From Camelus dromedarius (Eukaryota), in assembly GCF_036321535.1 (NCBI RefSeq), contig NC_087447.1, positions 46,750,001 to 46,814,000 of the forward strand: 64,000 bases of DNA. The letters are read 5' to 3'. The notes under the pieces were generated by a model, which saw only the letters and a list, made by a program, of their open reading frames with translations, made no database searches and was not told where the DNA came from. The translations under genes and the position numbers were made by a program. Within the stretch, counting starts at the first letter, position 1, and each line of letters opens with the position of its first letter. This document shows positions 1 to 13,110 of the stretch, one piece after another.

Positions 1-304
1 AAGAAAAGTAATCGACACTATGAATGAAAGAATGGAAGGGTAAGAGTTTTGAAGACTCCCTTGTACCAGAATGGTACAAATATAGACCAAACAGTTATCA
101 GCAAACCTGTGAGAAGAGCCACAGGAGAGGAGGTGCCTTGGTTTTCAGTAGGATCTATAATCTGGCTGAATTTCAAGGAGGAAGACTGTAAGGCTTATGA
201 TGCTTCTGCCTTTATTGTTTTCTAAGCCATAGCCAAAATAGCCAGCGCATCCAGGTGGTCTGTCAGCTGGGTATGGTAACTCTCAGCACATTCTCCTTTT
301 GCAG

Positions 305-3300
305 ACATTATGATCTCAATCAGCTGTTGGAGCCTCGAAGCATAACAGCAGATCCTTTGGACTACCGCCTAAGCTGGCACTTGTGGGAGGTGCTGCGGGC
401 TCTTAACTACACCCATCTCTCAGAGCAGTGTGAGGGTGTGCTGCAGGCCAGTTATGCTGGCCAGCTGGAAAGTGAGGGGCTCTGGGAGTGGGCTGTGTTT
501 GTCCTCCTGCACATCAGCAACTCAAGGTGAGAAGCCATTGAACGCACTGAGTGCATCTAGTACAACAGAACAATGACAAAGAAATCAGTCTCTTAGGGTT
601 AAATTCAGCAAGTAAGTATTGAGAATGTGTTTTGGGTCCAGCCTTTTGATAATCCTTAAGACAGCTCACTCTGCAGCCCAGACTTTCTGTATTCATGTGA
701 ATAAATTAGAAATGAGATTGCTTTTGATTAGTGCCAAATCATGCTATTTATCTTAAGGCCTCTCAGTCTGAGAAATCTCTGTGAACTGCAGAATCTCTGT
801 GAATCTTTCTAGAGATAAGATTAAAAAAACCTATAAACTTGGAGTGGGAAATAATTAAGTGGAAAGGGAAGGATATGGCCAGGCGGGGAAACCCCATTAA
901 CTTAGGCACAGATTCCTTGAATGTGGCATGTTTAGAATTATGCAGAATTAGTGCTGGCTAAGTTGCCTCAGTGGATCCGTGGAGTAATTTCATGGGTTGG
1001 GAGGGAGGGCCTCTGCTTTCTTCTGTCTACTGGGTTTCTCCCTTTCTGGCATTCGCTTGCCATCCACCCACCACCCCTCAAGTTTGATAGTATTGTATTT
1101 ACCTATTTGCCAAATACAACCTCACTTGGATATGTAATGTTTTCTTAAATGGAAACTAGAGAAACACGTTTTCTCCATGCTGTGAATGACATAGAGTTTG
1201 TTAGTGGTAGCAGCATGGTGTAACAGTAAGAACAAAAATATTTATACAGTACTTTGTTATATAGTGCTTTTATATATTTGTACACTGTTGTAAGTACTTT
1301 AAATATATTAACTCAGTGTTCATAATGAACCTCTGAGATAGACACTCTTACTGTTTATTTTATAGATGAGCACCCCAAGGCATAGAGAGATGAGGTATCT
1401 TTTGCTCAAAGTCACATAGCTAGTAAATGACAGAGTGAGGCTTTCAACTCAAGATACCCAGAGTATGTGCTCTTAATCATTGTGCTGCACCATCTGTCAT
1501 GTTGTAGGGCATGGAAAGAAGTTGAGTTCTGTAGTCCTCAACTGATCTGTAAAATCATAATGTTAATCTCTATTCAAAGGTGATTGTGAAATTAAAGGAG
1601 TAAAAGTATAAAGCATCTAGCACAACCTTCTCTCTAAGGACTTTGTCCTTCCTCTTCCCCCTTAACAGGAAGCAAAATGATCCCAGACTTTTCCTTTGAG
1701 TTTATTTAAACACATTCATGGGGAATTTCACATAGTAAAGGGCTGACTGATGGGGTGATTGATGATTGGCTGTGGGGAAGCAGATTCTGTTTCCTGAAAG
1801 AGGTTGGGGGAGATCTGTAACAAAAATGGTTGCTCTTTGGCCCAGACAGAAAAGGACTCTCATTAAGGGATCTTGAGCAGAAATAATGAGTTTAGCCTAA
1901 ATCTAGTGGTAAAGAGAAAATAAATGAGGACGGCTGATGGCTTTAAGGGGAAACAAGGACCTGGAAGAGACCTTACTTTTAAAGACTACTTAGTTTACTT
2001 GCACTGACCATGTAGGAGGGAGGGGAGGGAGAAAGTTGGGAATGAGCTGCGGAGGACTGTTCTCTGGAGTCTAGAATTATCCTGTCCCAGTCTTTCACCT
2101 CCTGTTAACTAGAAAGGAAACAAGAAATGAGCCTAGTGAGGAGAAAGCCTTTTCTGGGCAGTGGGCAACCTTCCCCAGAGTATCAGTTTTCAGGCTTTTT
2201 TTTTTACTATGTTTCTATTCTATTTCATTTTAAAAATTAATGCTGATGTGATGGCTTTTTACCCTAAGCGACATTTGAGGTAATCTATAAAGGGTCAAGA
2301 CCTGTAGTTTAAGAGACTGCCCCAGGGGCCACTCTGAGCTGTCTGAGGTAGCCTTCTGTATCAGTGAGGATGTCATTTATTCCAGCTTATCTTTCCACCC
2401 ATAGCATGCGTGAGAAAGCTGTTCGAGAGGTGCTTACCCGGCACTGCCAGCTATCAGAGACTCCTGAATCCTGGGCTAAGGAAACTTTCCTGACCCAGAA
2501 GCTTTGTGTGCCTGCTGAATGGATTCATGAGGCCAAAGCAGTGCGAGCACACATGGAATCTGACAAACATTTGGAGGCCCTCTATTTATTTAAAGCAGGG
2601 CACTGGAACCGCTGCCACAAACTCGTCATCCAGCACTTAGCTTCTGGTGAGTGCTTCAGGCTAGGGCCTGTGTCTCCTGGAATCACCCAGATTCTTCCAA
2701 CATATGACCCCATGATGAGTCAGGCCAGAGATGATGCTCAGTACAGGACATGGCAGACTTGAATCAGACCATACTTTGTGAAAGTTCTCTGCAGAAGATG
2801 CTTGGTGAGAAGGGGCTAGGAGGGGCAGGGGTCAATAGCAATATTGTTACATTACCGTTTGCCAGAAATATTTTTGATATACACTGATTATGTTAAGCTC
2901 TTTATTTATTTAGGGAGTTTAGCAACACCAGAAATATCTGGGCAACTAAAGCCGGGAATTATTCATTCACACTTTTCTTTAGAGAATTTCAAAATACCTA
3001 CTGTAATTTTCAAGTCTGACCCAGCATAGCTCTCCCTTTCCTCCTGTCTTGGATTTCTGCCATGTCCTCCGTCTGTGCACTTTTGATCAATATTTTGTTT
3101 CTTCAGATGCCATTATTAATGAGAACTATGACTACCTGAAGGGGTTCTTGGAAGACCTGGCACCTCCAGAGCGTAGCGGTCTAATCCAGGACTGGGAAAC
3201 ATCTGGGCTTGTTTACCTGGACTACATTCGAGTCCTTGAAATGCTCCACCATATACAGCAGGTACTGAGTTCCTTAAACCATGGCCTGATTCTCCTTTTC

Positions 3301-5258
3301 CCTTGCCTGTAAAGCCACAGAGACCTCAAAAGGCCTGAGCAGCGACTTGAAAAACTCATTGGCAGAGATGGCACTATCAGCAAGAGGGACGTTTTGGTGA
3401 AGCTAATTTGATGTAGCCATTATGACAGCTCTTTGATTATCAGAATTTATAAAAACATTTTTTTCTGCTTATTGCCAAGTTGGATGTACAACGAACATTC
3501 CTAAGGCTTGTCCATCGTCAGTCTCCTCCTCTTGTCCAGCCCTAGTTTGAGTGAGAGGCTCAGAGTTGAGAGATACAGTCAGGTCAGAGGTTTGGTGAGG
3601 ATAATTGTTTCACATAACAGTTGGCATGTTTTAATATTGCAAGTATTACGGGGGGCAGTCTGGTGAAGCGCATGTATGGATTGCTAATGTTTTTAAATGC
3701 CTGAGATTTAAATATGTAGGATTACACAAGAAACTAATTACACTAAAATATAGTTATTAAAATATTAAAAACTTGTGGTAAGTAATAAGTGCTTTATTAA
3801 CATCTTAAATAACCTCCAGCAGTGGATCTACTAACTACTGTAATTTTGAAATATATTTAAAAATCGCTAACAACTGTAATGTTGTTACATTATGTTACAT
3901 TACATAATGTTGAAAGTAGCTATGATTTCCTGGGTTTTTTGTTTTTTTGGTTTTGTTTTTTGGATTTGACCAGCTTTATTTATCGAAAATGGTACATATA
4001 TAAATATTCTTAGACATTTTTGCATTCTACAAGGCTGAGGATTCTTGTGGGTTTTTTGTAGGGGTATAGGTTTTTTTTTTTTTTCCTTTTTTTTCCCCCC
4101 CTTTTTCCCCCCCTTCCCCCCCCCCATTTTTTACCCCTTTTTTTTCTATCATTTTTCTCCCCCACCTCTTTTTTCTCATTTGACAGGAGGAGGGTCTCAT
4201 CCCAAGTCCTGGGTTGCTGCCTGGGTCCAAATTGATAGTGTTTTTCTTTAAAAAAAATTTTTTTTTAATTAAAGGAAGTAAAAGGAAGAGGAAAAAGCAG
4301 TGTTTCTAAGCCAGTCACCTGATTTTGTTGTGTGAGTTGGAGTATGATTTCTGTTGATATCAAAATCACAGTCACTGTTAATATCTACATTAATGATTAA
4401 ATGCTAATTCTTGGTTGGAGTCAGGAGACCTAAATTAAATGCCAGTTTGGGCTCCACCTTTCACTGTGTGCTCTGAAGAAGTCAGTACCATGTCTCTGAA
4501 CCCACATTCATCTAGATTTTCAGTGCCATGTTAAAGCTTGCTGGTTACATGAATGGTGATCTCAAGATTTTCCCAGTCTAAGGCCCTGAATACTATATTG
4601 CTTTCCTGTTGTGTGTTAATGCTAAGGTCCTGTCTTGTCCTCAGCAACTAGGCTAGATGATGGTGACATGACACTGCCAGCCAGCTTCTTGGGCTTTCCC
4701 CTCCCTACCTCATTCTTGTTTCAGAGTTTTGCATAGTCAGTGTATGGCTAGGATTGGGTTGATGGGAACTCCTCTTGGCCTAATTGGGTTCTCTGCTTCT
4801 TTGTAGGTGGATTGCTCAGGTTATGAACTAGAGCAGTTACACACCAAAGTGACTTCACTGTGCAACCGGATAGAGCAGATCCAGTGTTACAATGCCAAGG
4901 ATCGCTTGGCACAATCAGGTCAGCCTCTTGCCTCTTCCCCCACTCCTGCCTGCTCACTGCCTGTCTTTATGATTATTACCCCCCCACCCCTCCCTCCCTC
5001 ACCCCCAGTCCTTGGTGCTCACTTTGCTCTTTTTATCCAGATATGGCCAAACGTATAGCCAACCTGTTACGGGTAGTACTGAGTCTTCAGCATGCCCCTG
5101 ATGCACCCTCCGACTCAACGCTGGACCCTCAGCGAGTCCCTTTGCGCCTGTTAGCTCCCCACATTGGCCGGCTCCCCATGCCTGAGGACTATGCCTTGGA
5201 AGAACTGCGCAGTCTCACCCAGTCCTACCTACGGGAACTGACTGTTGGGAGCCAGTGA
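305..5258 (+). CDS. NUP98: Nucleoporin NUP98-NUP96 precursor, last five coding exons (Nup96 C-terminus); 5' part lies outside the window
   Basis: Exons 305-526, 2405-2646, 3107-3261, 4807-4918, 5041-5258. All are AG/GT bounded with matching phases (2-2-1-0-1). Translation HYDLNQLLEPRSITADPLDYRLSWHLWEVL...EKAVREVLTRHC...DAIINENYDYLKGFLEDLAPPERS...MAKRIANLLRVV...LRELTVGSQ* is recognisably Nup96. Confidence 0.96.
1280..1480 (-). mobile_element. MIR SINE; similar MIR remnants at about 13190-13370, 16070-16270, 21050-21200, 21470-21600, 30790-30920, 45150-45290, 50100-50350, 56930-57110 and 59340-59490
   Basis: MIR core-like TTTTATAGATGAG...AAGGCATAGAGAG...GCTCAAAGTCACATAGCTAGTAAATGACAGAG. Confidence 0.65.
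3933..4342 (-). mobile_element. Putative retroposed polyadenylated fragment of unknown source in a NUP98 intron
   Basis: Minus-strand A-rich tail at 3934-3961, AATAAA at 3975-3980, and flanking TATGATTTC repeats at 3921-3929 and 4343-4351. Confidence 0.45.
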
Positions 5259-6399
5259 GCCCTGGGCTCCTCCCCCCACACTCACATGCTCATTCACACT
5301 CACCACACAGAGGTCCCCTGCATTGAGTTGATTGGCACTGTTTGCCATTCTCTGAGTTGGCTGTGGAATCCACCCTCCCTTCCTGCTGCCCAAGCAGCAT
5401 CCTCCAGTTGTTCAGGGCTTTTCTTAATACTAAACATAGCATAAGGGCTTTTGGAACCCAAAAAAGGAGCCAAGTCTCTTTTTACCATCATCAAATACCT
5501 TTTTTTTTCTTTTCCTTTCTTTTTTTTTCTTTTTTTTTTTTTTTCCCCCTCTTTTTAAAAATGGTCAGTAAAATGCCTTTGACAGAATTCTCCCCTCCTC
5601 AAAGAACCAGGGAATCCTTTTCCACCCTTATCCATTCTGGATCTGGTGACCATCCGTGCCAACCTGATACCCTACTCCTACTCCCACCCGTTTATACTAG
5701 GACTCTTTAGAAGGAGTAGGACATGTGATGGGACAAATATGTTTTCCTAGGACTGTCTATCCTTAGCAGATGAACTATCCATAGAAGGAAGGAGACTCTG
5801 TCTTAAGTAAGTTGGATTAACACTGACGTTTGGAGTCAGAAGAGGGTTGGGCTAAGTTAGGAAGCAGAACAGAGTCTGACTCATTTTGGGTAGAAATAAG
5901 TGCCTGCCATGGAGGGATGGAACTTCAGGAACCTTCAAGGCTTGCTTGTTCCTACCTTGAATGTTCTGTGAACACCAAACCTTCCCTACTACCATGTGCA
6001 GGAGCCCTTGGTCACAGATCCCATGTCTCTAAGAAGCTCTCAAAGCTCAGTTTGGTGCCTGGTTTTCAGTCATCTTGCTGGGCATCCTGTCTAGATTTGC
6101 CTGAAGAGTTTGGATAAAACCACAGGTTGGGTAGCCCTCCCTGTCCCTCCCATTCTAGCCCAAACCATTTCCCACCCTCCATCTACAGTCCTAGAAGGTA
6201 AAACCATCACTGAGGCAAGCAAAGAGCTGGGCTTCAGGGGCAGGCACAGGGCCTTGGCTACACTGCTGCCAGCTATGGGGAGCCCCAGCTAACAGCCTGA
6301 GACTGCTGTTGTTGGGGCTGTCACAGACATCATGGCCATGCCTGGGTCTTTATGCATGAAGATTATGTAAAGGTTTTTATTAAAAAGTATATATATATA

Positions 6400-6460
6400 A
6401 ATAAATGATCTAGATTATTTTCCTCTTTTTCTGAAGCTACTTTCTTAAAAAAATAATAAA
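6400..6460 (+). terminator. NUP98 polyadenylation signals
   Basis: AATAAA at 6400-6405 and 6455-6460, followed by a T/GT-rich tract at about 6481-6510. Confidence 0.7.
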
Positions 6461-8316
6461 ATGAAATGTTTACAGCATTCTGTATTGGCTTTTTTCCCTT
6501 TGTGTTCCTGAGCCTTCTTGCCCTGAGGAGCTTTATGATTGGCCTTGTTTAATTTGCAGTCTAAAGGGAGACTGGCCATGGGTTAAGGAGAGAATAGTTT
6601 GGTGCTAAACTGGGATACAGACTAGATCAAAGGCCAGATTAATAAGGGCCAATTTGGGAGTGAGGGGGTTGAAATTATTGATGAATCCTGACTGCTGTAC
6701 ATATATTTATGTGCTTGGATTCCCAGTCCTAGGGGGATGGGGAGGCTCTCAAATTACACAGTGGAATATACTTTGCATTCAAAGCCTCCTTGCTCTCCTG
6801 CTCTGGGGGATTTTGTTGGTTTTTAAACCTAAAGCTTGGATCGCACTTCACCTTTCTGATTTGGTTTCCATTGTGTAAAGGAAAGATTGACCTGATATTG
6901 CTGCTTCACAGGGCTTGTTCTTGAGAGGGATCAAATAAGGCTGGTGAATAGGTTTGTTGGTTGGTTGGTTTGATCTGTTTAGTTGAAAATGTGAGCAAGT
7001 TCCAATTAGGATTAGGCCAGAGACATCTGGGGCATCGAGGAGATGAGAAGCAGAGTGGGACTTCCCTTTAATTTGGGCCCCTGAGGACAGGGGTTACTCA
7101 GCTGGGAATCTCCCTCCATTACTGACTGACTGTAAACCAAGTGAATCACAGAGCACTGCTGGACTTCTAGCAAGGAATTTGTTCTGTGTTCCTCACCAGA
7201 GGTGTTTTGTGAAAAGTGAGTGTGCTATAGAAATGGCTAGCTTTTAGGAGTGTTAAGAACTGAATATGGGCAGTATTTCCTCTTAGGACAAGTATTTTTT
7301 TTTAACTCTATGAAATATTTATCACAATAGCTATGTCTTAAATTTTTAAGCTCAAAAATACAAAAGCAAGAAACAGTTGTTCTGAAACAATACACCTGTG
7401 GAATCCACAACCTAATACAATATCCAAAATAAGTATTTCCTCAGCAAATGCTGGAATAATACCAAAAGCAAAGATAACAGAGATCTGGAAATTAAATGTG
7501 GGATTAGCAGAGCCAAAGTGTGCAGAGTAATTGCTTTTTTAGATTTTTACTCAATTTCTTTACTTGTATTTCCAGAAAATTGTTTCAGATTTTTTTGTTG
7601 TTTTTCAAAGAACCAGCTGTCAGACTTAACAGTTTTACTGGAGTTCTGTATTGTAATACATTAATTACTGCTTTTAAACATTCATTTTTATTCTTTTCTG
7701 AGGATTTTAAAAAAACATTTTATTGTAAAAATTTTCATCTACATAAAAGTAAAATGGTGTCTCAATTTTTAAATTTTATTTCATCTTTACCCCCATTCTT
7801 ATTTTCTGACCGCTCAGTGGTATTTCTAAGGCAGGGAATCATTTCATTAATACCTAAGCATTTCTAACTTGTAAGTTTTTATAAATATAATCACAATACC
7901 ATTGTCATACCTAACAAAGTTAACAATAATTCCTAAATGTTAACTAATACCCTCTGTATTTTCAAATTTCCCCAATTATCTCAAAAGTAAAATTTTACAG
8001 TTAATCAAGTTTGAATCAGGATCTAAATGGGTCCATACTTTGCATTTGGTTGATAAGTCTTTTAAATCCCTTAATCTGTTAACTTCTTTTTAAAGTGCTC
8101 TTTATTTGATGAAGTAATTGGGTCATTCATAGAAGGCCAGGGGCTTCTAGATTTGGCTGATTGTGCCTCTCCCTCCCTTACTTGCTATAAACCACTGGTT
8201 AGACCTAGAGACTTGATTAGATTCAGGGTCCTTCTCATAGATGGTGCTGTGTGTTAGCACGTTGGAAATCAGTGTCTGGCTGTCTCATTTTTAGTAATAT
8301 TAAGATTGTTGGCAGT

Positions 8317-8412
8317 GGAGAGAATAGTAGCTCAGTGGTAGAGTGCATGCTTAGTATGCACGGGCGAGGTCTAGGGTTCAATTTCCAGTACCTCCATAAA
8401 AAAAAAAAAAAA
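8317..8412 (+). mobile_element. tRNA-derived SINE (camelid Vic-1-like)
   Basis: A-box TAGCTCAGTGGTAGAG, B-box GGGTTCAAT, poly(A) tail, and near-identical flanks AAGA(T/C)TGTTG. Confidence 0.85.
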
Positions 8413-8999
8413 GACTGTTGATTCAGGTGTTGTCAGCCTGACTCCCTTTATAAAGCTTCTGTCAACCTTCCATCTCATGACAGTCATGACCAAGACTTAC
8501 TGTTTTGTTATTGTAGAGTCCTTATCTTTTTCTATGTGGTGATTCAGTATTTTCAAAATAGGGACTTACATCAGTTATTGTTCAGGTACTTTTTTTTTCC
8601 CATAATGACTTTTTTAAAATTACCCACCAACTTTTAGAACTATTTTTTTCAAGCTAACATTTTCACCCCAAAACACGCTAAATATGTTATAATAAATATT
8701 TCGACTTTTTTTCAGGTAAAGATACTAGTTTTTCTATAACTCTTTAGTCTGTTCCATGTGTGAGCTATTTCCATGTGCTTTGAGGCACTCTTGAATTTAG
8801 CCTTTATTTTGCCCTAAAGGTATCCTGCAAAATGTTATTTTTAAGTATAATTAGTGCCACCAAAACACTAAATAATTGCTGAAGAAAATGGTATAGAAAG
8901 AATGCATCTTTTACCTCCACACCCAATCCCTATAACATCTACCTCTCACTCGTCTTCCCCCTTCAACAAGTACCTTAACTGCATTACATTACTTACGTA

Positions 9000-10220
9000 T
9001 AAACTAAATTCATTTTAATTTTATTTTTAAAGTTATTACGTAGGAAAATTCACTTTTGGTGTGCATATGTTAGTTTTAATACATAGATTTGTATAACCAC
9101 CCCACAATCAGGATACAAAATGTTCTGTCACTCCTAAATTCTCCCTTTCTCTTTAAGTCAGACCATCTTACTAATCATTACTACTAGCAACCTGTTCTCC
9201 TTCACTATAGTTTTGTTTTTATAGAATGTAATATAAATGGATTCATACAGTATGTGATCTTTTGTTACTGGCTTCTTTCACTTAGTATAATGACTTCAGG
9301 GTTCATCCATGTTATAGCATGTATCAGTACTTCATTCCTTTAAAAAAATTAATGTTTTTAGAGCACTTTTGGGTTCACAAAATTGAATGGAAGGCACAGA
9401 TTTCCCATAAACCCCTGCCCCCATACATTCATAGCCTCCCCGACTATCAACATCCCCCCCAGAGTGGTACATTTGTTACAACTGATGAACCTACACTGAC
9501 ACATCTTCATCACTCAAAGTCCACAGTTGACATTACATTTGATGCTTAGTATTATCAGTTCTCTGGGTTTAGACAAACATGATGTATAATCATCATTATG
9601 GTATACAAAGTATTCCCTTTTTTTCACTACACTAAAATTCTCTGAATTCTTTTTGCTCTGCTGATTCTTCTTCCCCAGTCACCTACAACTCCTAGCAACC
9701 ACTGAACTTCTTCCTATCTTCATAGATTTGCCTTTTCCAGAATGTCATATAGTTGGAATCATACAGGATGTAGCTCTTTCAGATTGTCTTCTTTCACTTA
9801 TTAATATGCATTTGAGGTTCCTTCATGTCTTCATAGCTTAATAGCTCATTTATTCTTAATGATGAATACTAAGTATTGCATTGTCTGGATGTACCACAGT
9901 TTATCCATTCACTTGTTGAAGGTCATTTTGTTTGTTTATAGGTTTGGCAATTATGAAAAGAGCTGCTATAAATATTTATGCATGAATTTTGTGTTATCAT
10001 AAAAGTTGTTACTTCTCTAGGCATTGGATTCCTGGGTCATATGATAAATGTATGTATAACATTACAAGAAACTGCCAGGCCATTTTCCAGTGTAGCTGTT
10101 CCATTTTTGCATTCCCATAATCAATGTATGAAGGTTACAGTAGCTTCACAACCTCTCCAGCACTTGGTATTGTTAATATTTTTTATTTTGGCCATTCCAA
10201 TAAATATGTAGTAGTATCTG
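9000..10220 (-). mobile_element. Old LINE-1 3' fragments (antisense, probably nested)
   Basis: Typical antisense L1M 3'UTR/ORF2-end motifs such as CTTCTTTCACTTAGTATAATG, TTTATCCATTCACTTGTTGAAGG and CCATTTTTGCATTCCCA. Confidence 0.75.
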
Positions 10221-10229
10221 AGGTTGTTG

Positions 10230-13110
10230 AATCATTAATAAAAAAATCTGACAAATAAAAGCCCTGGACCTGATGGTTTCACTGTCGAATTCTAACAAAC
10301 AATAAAAAAAAACTAGTATCAGTCCTTGTCAGGCTTTTCCAAAAAATTGAAGAGAATACTTCCTAACTCATTCCATGAGGCCAGCATAATCCTGATTCCA
10401 ACGCTAGACCAAGACACTATGAGAAAAGAAAACTACAGACCAATATCATTTATGAATATTGATCCAACAATCCCCAACAAAATACTTGCAAACTAAATTC
10501 AGCCGCATGTTAAAATGATTACACACCAAGTGGGATCCATTCCTCGAACACAAGGATGTTTCAATACATTAAGAAATTACTAAATATACTATACCACATT
10601 AACAGAATGAAGGAAAAAAACCCATGTGATCATCTCAATTGATGCAAAAAAGCATTTGAAAAAAAAAATCAGCACCCTTTCATGATAAAGATGACAAACT
10701 AGGAATAGAAGGAAACTACTCCAGCATAATAAAAGCCATATATGAAAACCAGCAATGAACATCTTACTCAATGTGAAAATGGGAAAGTCTTTTCCTCTAA
10801 GATCAAGAACAAGGTAAAAATGTCTATTTTTGAAAAGAAACAGATTCACAGATGTAGAGAAAGAACTAGTGGTTACCAGTGGGGAGAGGGAAGAGGGAGG
10901 GGCAAGATGGAGGTGGAGGATTAAGAGGTACAAACTGAGGTATAAAATAAGCTACAAGGATGTATTGTACAACATAGGGAGTATAGCTAATATTTTATAA
11001 TAACTATAAATGGAGTATAACCTTTAAAAATTGAATCACCATATTGTATATTTGTAACATATAATATTGTACACCAACTATACTTCGATTTTTAAAATAT
11101 GATATTGTAAAATACATAAAATTTAAAAAGAGAGAAATATCAACTTGAAAAAAAAAAGTCTGTTTTCACCACTTCTATCAACATAATACTGGAAGTTCTA
11201 GCCAGGGCAACTGGGCAAGAATGACAAATAAAAGACATCCAAATTAGAAAGCAAAAGTATCTCTGTTTGCAAATGATATGATTGTTTATGTAGAAAACTA
11301 AAGATTCCACCAAAACAAACAAACAAATCCCACTGTTAGAACTATGGGATGAATTCAGCAAAGTAGCAGGATACAAAACCAACATGCAATATCAGTTGCA
11401 TTTTTATACACTAACAACAATCTGAAAAGGAAATTAAAACAATTCCACTTATAGTAACATCAAAAAGAATAAAACATTTAAGAATAAACTTAACCAAGGA
11501 GGCAAAAGATATGCACTGAAAACTATAAAACATTGCTGAAAGAAATGAAAGAAGACACAAATTGAAAGACAGCCATGTTCATGAATTGAAGCACTTACTA
11601 TTAAGCTGTCCATACTATCCAAAGCAATCTACAGATTTAATGCAATTCCTAACAAAATCTCAGCTTTTTTTTTTTTTTCTGAAATAGGTCCACCCTAAAA
11701 TTCACATAGAATCTCCATAGACCTGGAATAGCCAAAACAATCTTGGGCGGTGGGGAGAAAAAGGGGGTGGATGTAGCTCAGTAATAGAGTGCATGTTTAG
11801 CATACACAAGATACTGGGTTCAATCCCCAGTAATTTCATTTAAAAAAAAGAAAAAGGAAAAGGAAAAAGCTTGAGGACTTATACTTCCTGATTTCAAAAT
11901 TTACTACAAAGCTAAGTAATCAAAACTGTGATACTGGCATAAAGACAGGCATATAGACTAGAAATAGAATAGAGAGTCCAGGAATTATCTCTTGCATATA
12001 TGGTCAAATGCTTTTTGACAAGGGTGCCAAAACCATTTAGTGGGAGGAAAGGACAGTCTTTCCACTAAATGATTTTGAGAAAACTAGGTATCTATTTGCA
12101 AAGAAATAAAGTTGGATAATTAACACCATATAGAAAAATTAAGTCAAAATAGATCAAAGATTTAAATGTAAGACATAAAATTATAAAACTCTTAGAAGAA
12201 AATATAGGGTAAAATCCTCACCACATTGGATTTGGCAGTGATTTCTAGGATATGACACTAAAGGCACAGGAAACAAAAGAAAAACATAGACAAACCAAAC
12301 TACATGAAAAGTTTTAATTTTGTCCATCAAAAGACACTACAAACTGAGTAAGAAGGCAACCTGAGTAAGGCAAACTGAGTAAGAAGAATGGGAGAAAATA
12401 TCTGCAAATTATTTATTTGATAAGGGATTAATGTCCAGAATATAAAGGGAACTCCTAGAACTCAGCAATTAAAAATGGACAAAGGACTTGAATAGACATT
12501 TCTGCAAAGAGAATATACAAACGGCCAATAAGCACATAAAAAGGTGCTCAACATCACAAATCATTAGGGAAATACAAATCAAAACTGCAAATGAGATACT
12601 ACTGCATACCCATTAGGATGGCCATTATCAGTAAAGCAGAGAGTAACAAATGTTGAAGAGGATATGTAGAAACTGGAACACTTGTGCATTGCTGGTGGGA
12701 ATGTAAAAAGGTATGTCCGCTGTGGAAAACAGTATGGCAATTCTTTAAAAAGTTAAAAACAGAATTACCATACGATCCAGCAATTCCATTTCTGGGTATA
12801 TATATCCAAAAGAACTGAAAGCAGAGTCTTGTACACCCATGTTCATAGCAGCATTATTCACAATACTTGATACGTGAAAGCAACCCAAGTGCCCAACAAG
12901 AGAAGAATGAGTAAGCAAAATGTGGCACATACATATAATAGAATATTATTCAGCCTTAAACAGGGAGGAAATTCTGACACATGCTACAACATGGATGAAA
13001 CTTCAGGACATTATGCAAAGAGTAATAAGTCAGACACGAAAAAAAAAAATGTGAACCACCTAGTCAAAATCATAGAGACAGAAAATAGAATGTAGTTGCC
13101 AGGGGCTGGG
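10230..13110 (+). mobile_element. Degenerate 5'-truncated LINE-1 (ORF2 RT region to 3'UTR), interrupted by a younger L1 3' end (about 10830-11150) and a SINE
   Basis: L1 ORF2 motifs AAAAGCCCTGGACCTGATGGTTTCACT, AACTACAGACCAATATC and GATCCAGCAATTCCATTTCTGGGTATATA. Many stops and frameshifts, no long ORF. Confidence 0.88.
11762..11870 (+). mobile_element. tRNA-derived SINE (Vic-1-like) nested in L1
   Basis: GTAGCTCAGTAATAGAGTGCATG...CTGGGTTCAATCCCCAG followed by an A-rich tail. Confidence 0.8.

Noticed and set aside
3900..4251. Lys/Gly- and Phe/Pro-rich short ORFs
   Set aside because: Translations of homopolymer-rich low-complexity sequence.
8317..8412. tRNA genes here and at the other A/B-box copies
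   Set aside because: Poly(A) tails, TSDs and divergence show they are SINEs.
12341..12386. Three short CTGAGTAAG repeats, also (TGAA)n tracts near 34520 and 40620
   Set aside because: Local slippage inside L1 and L2-type tails; not a CRISPR-like or functional array.
9000..13110. Opposite-orientation L1 pieces as one twin-primed inversion
   Set aside because: Both halves contain the ORF2 3' end, so they overlap in consensus coordinates and are separate insertions.
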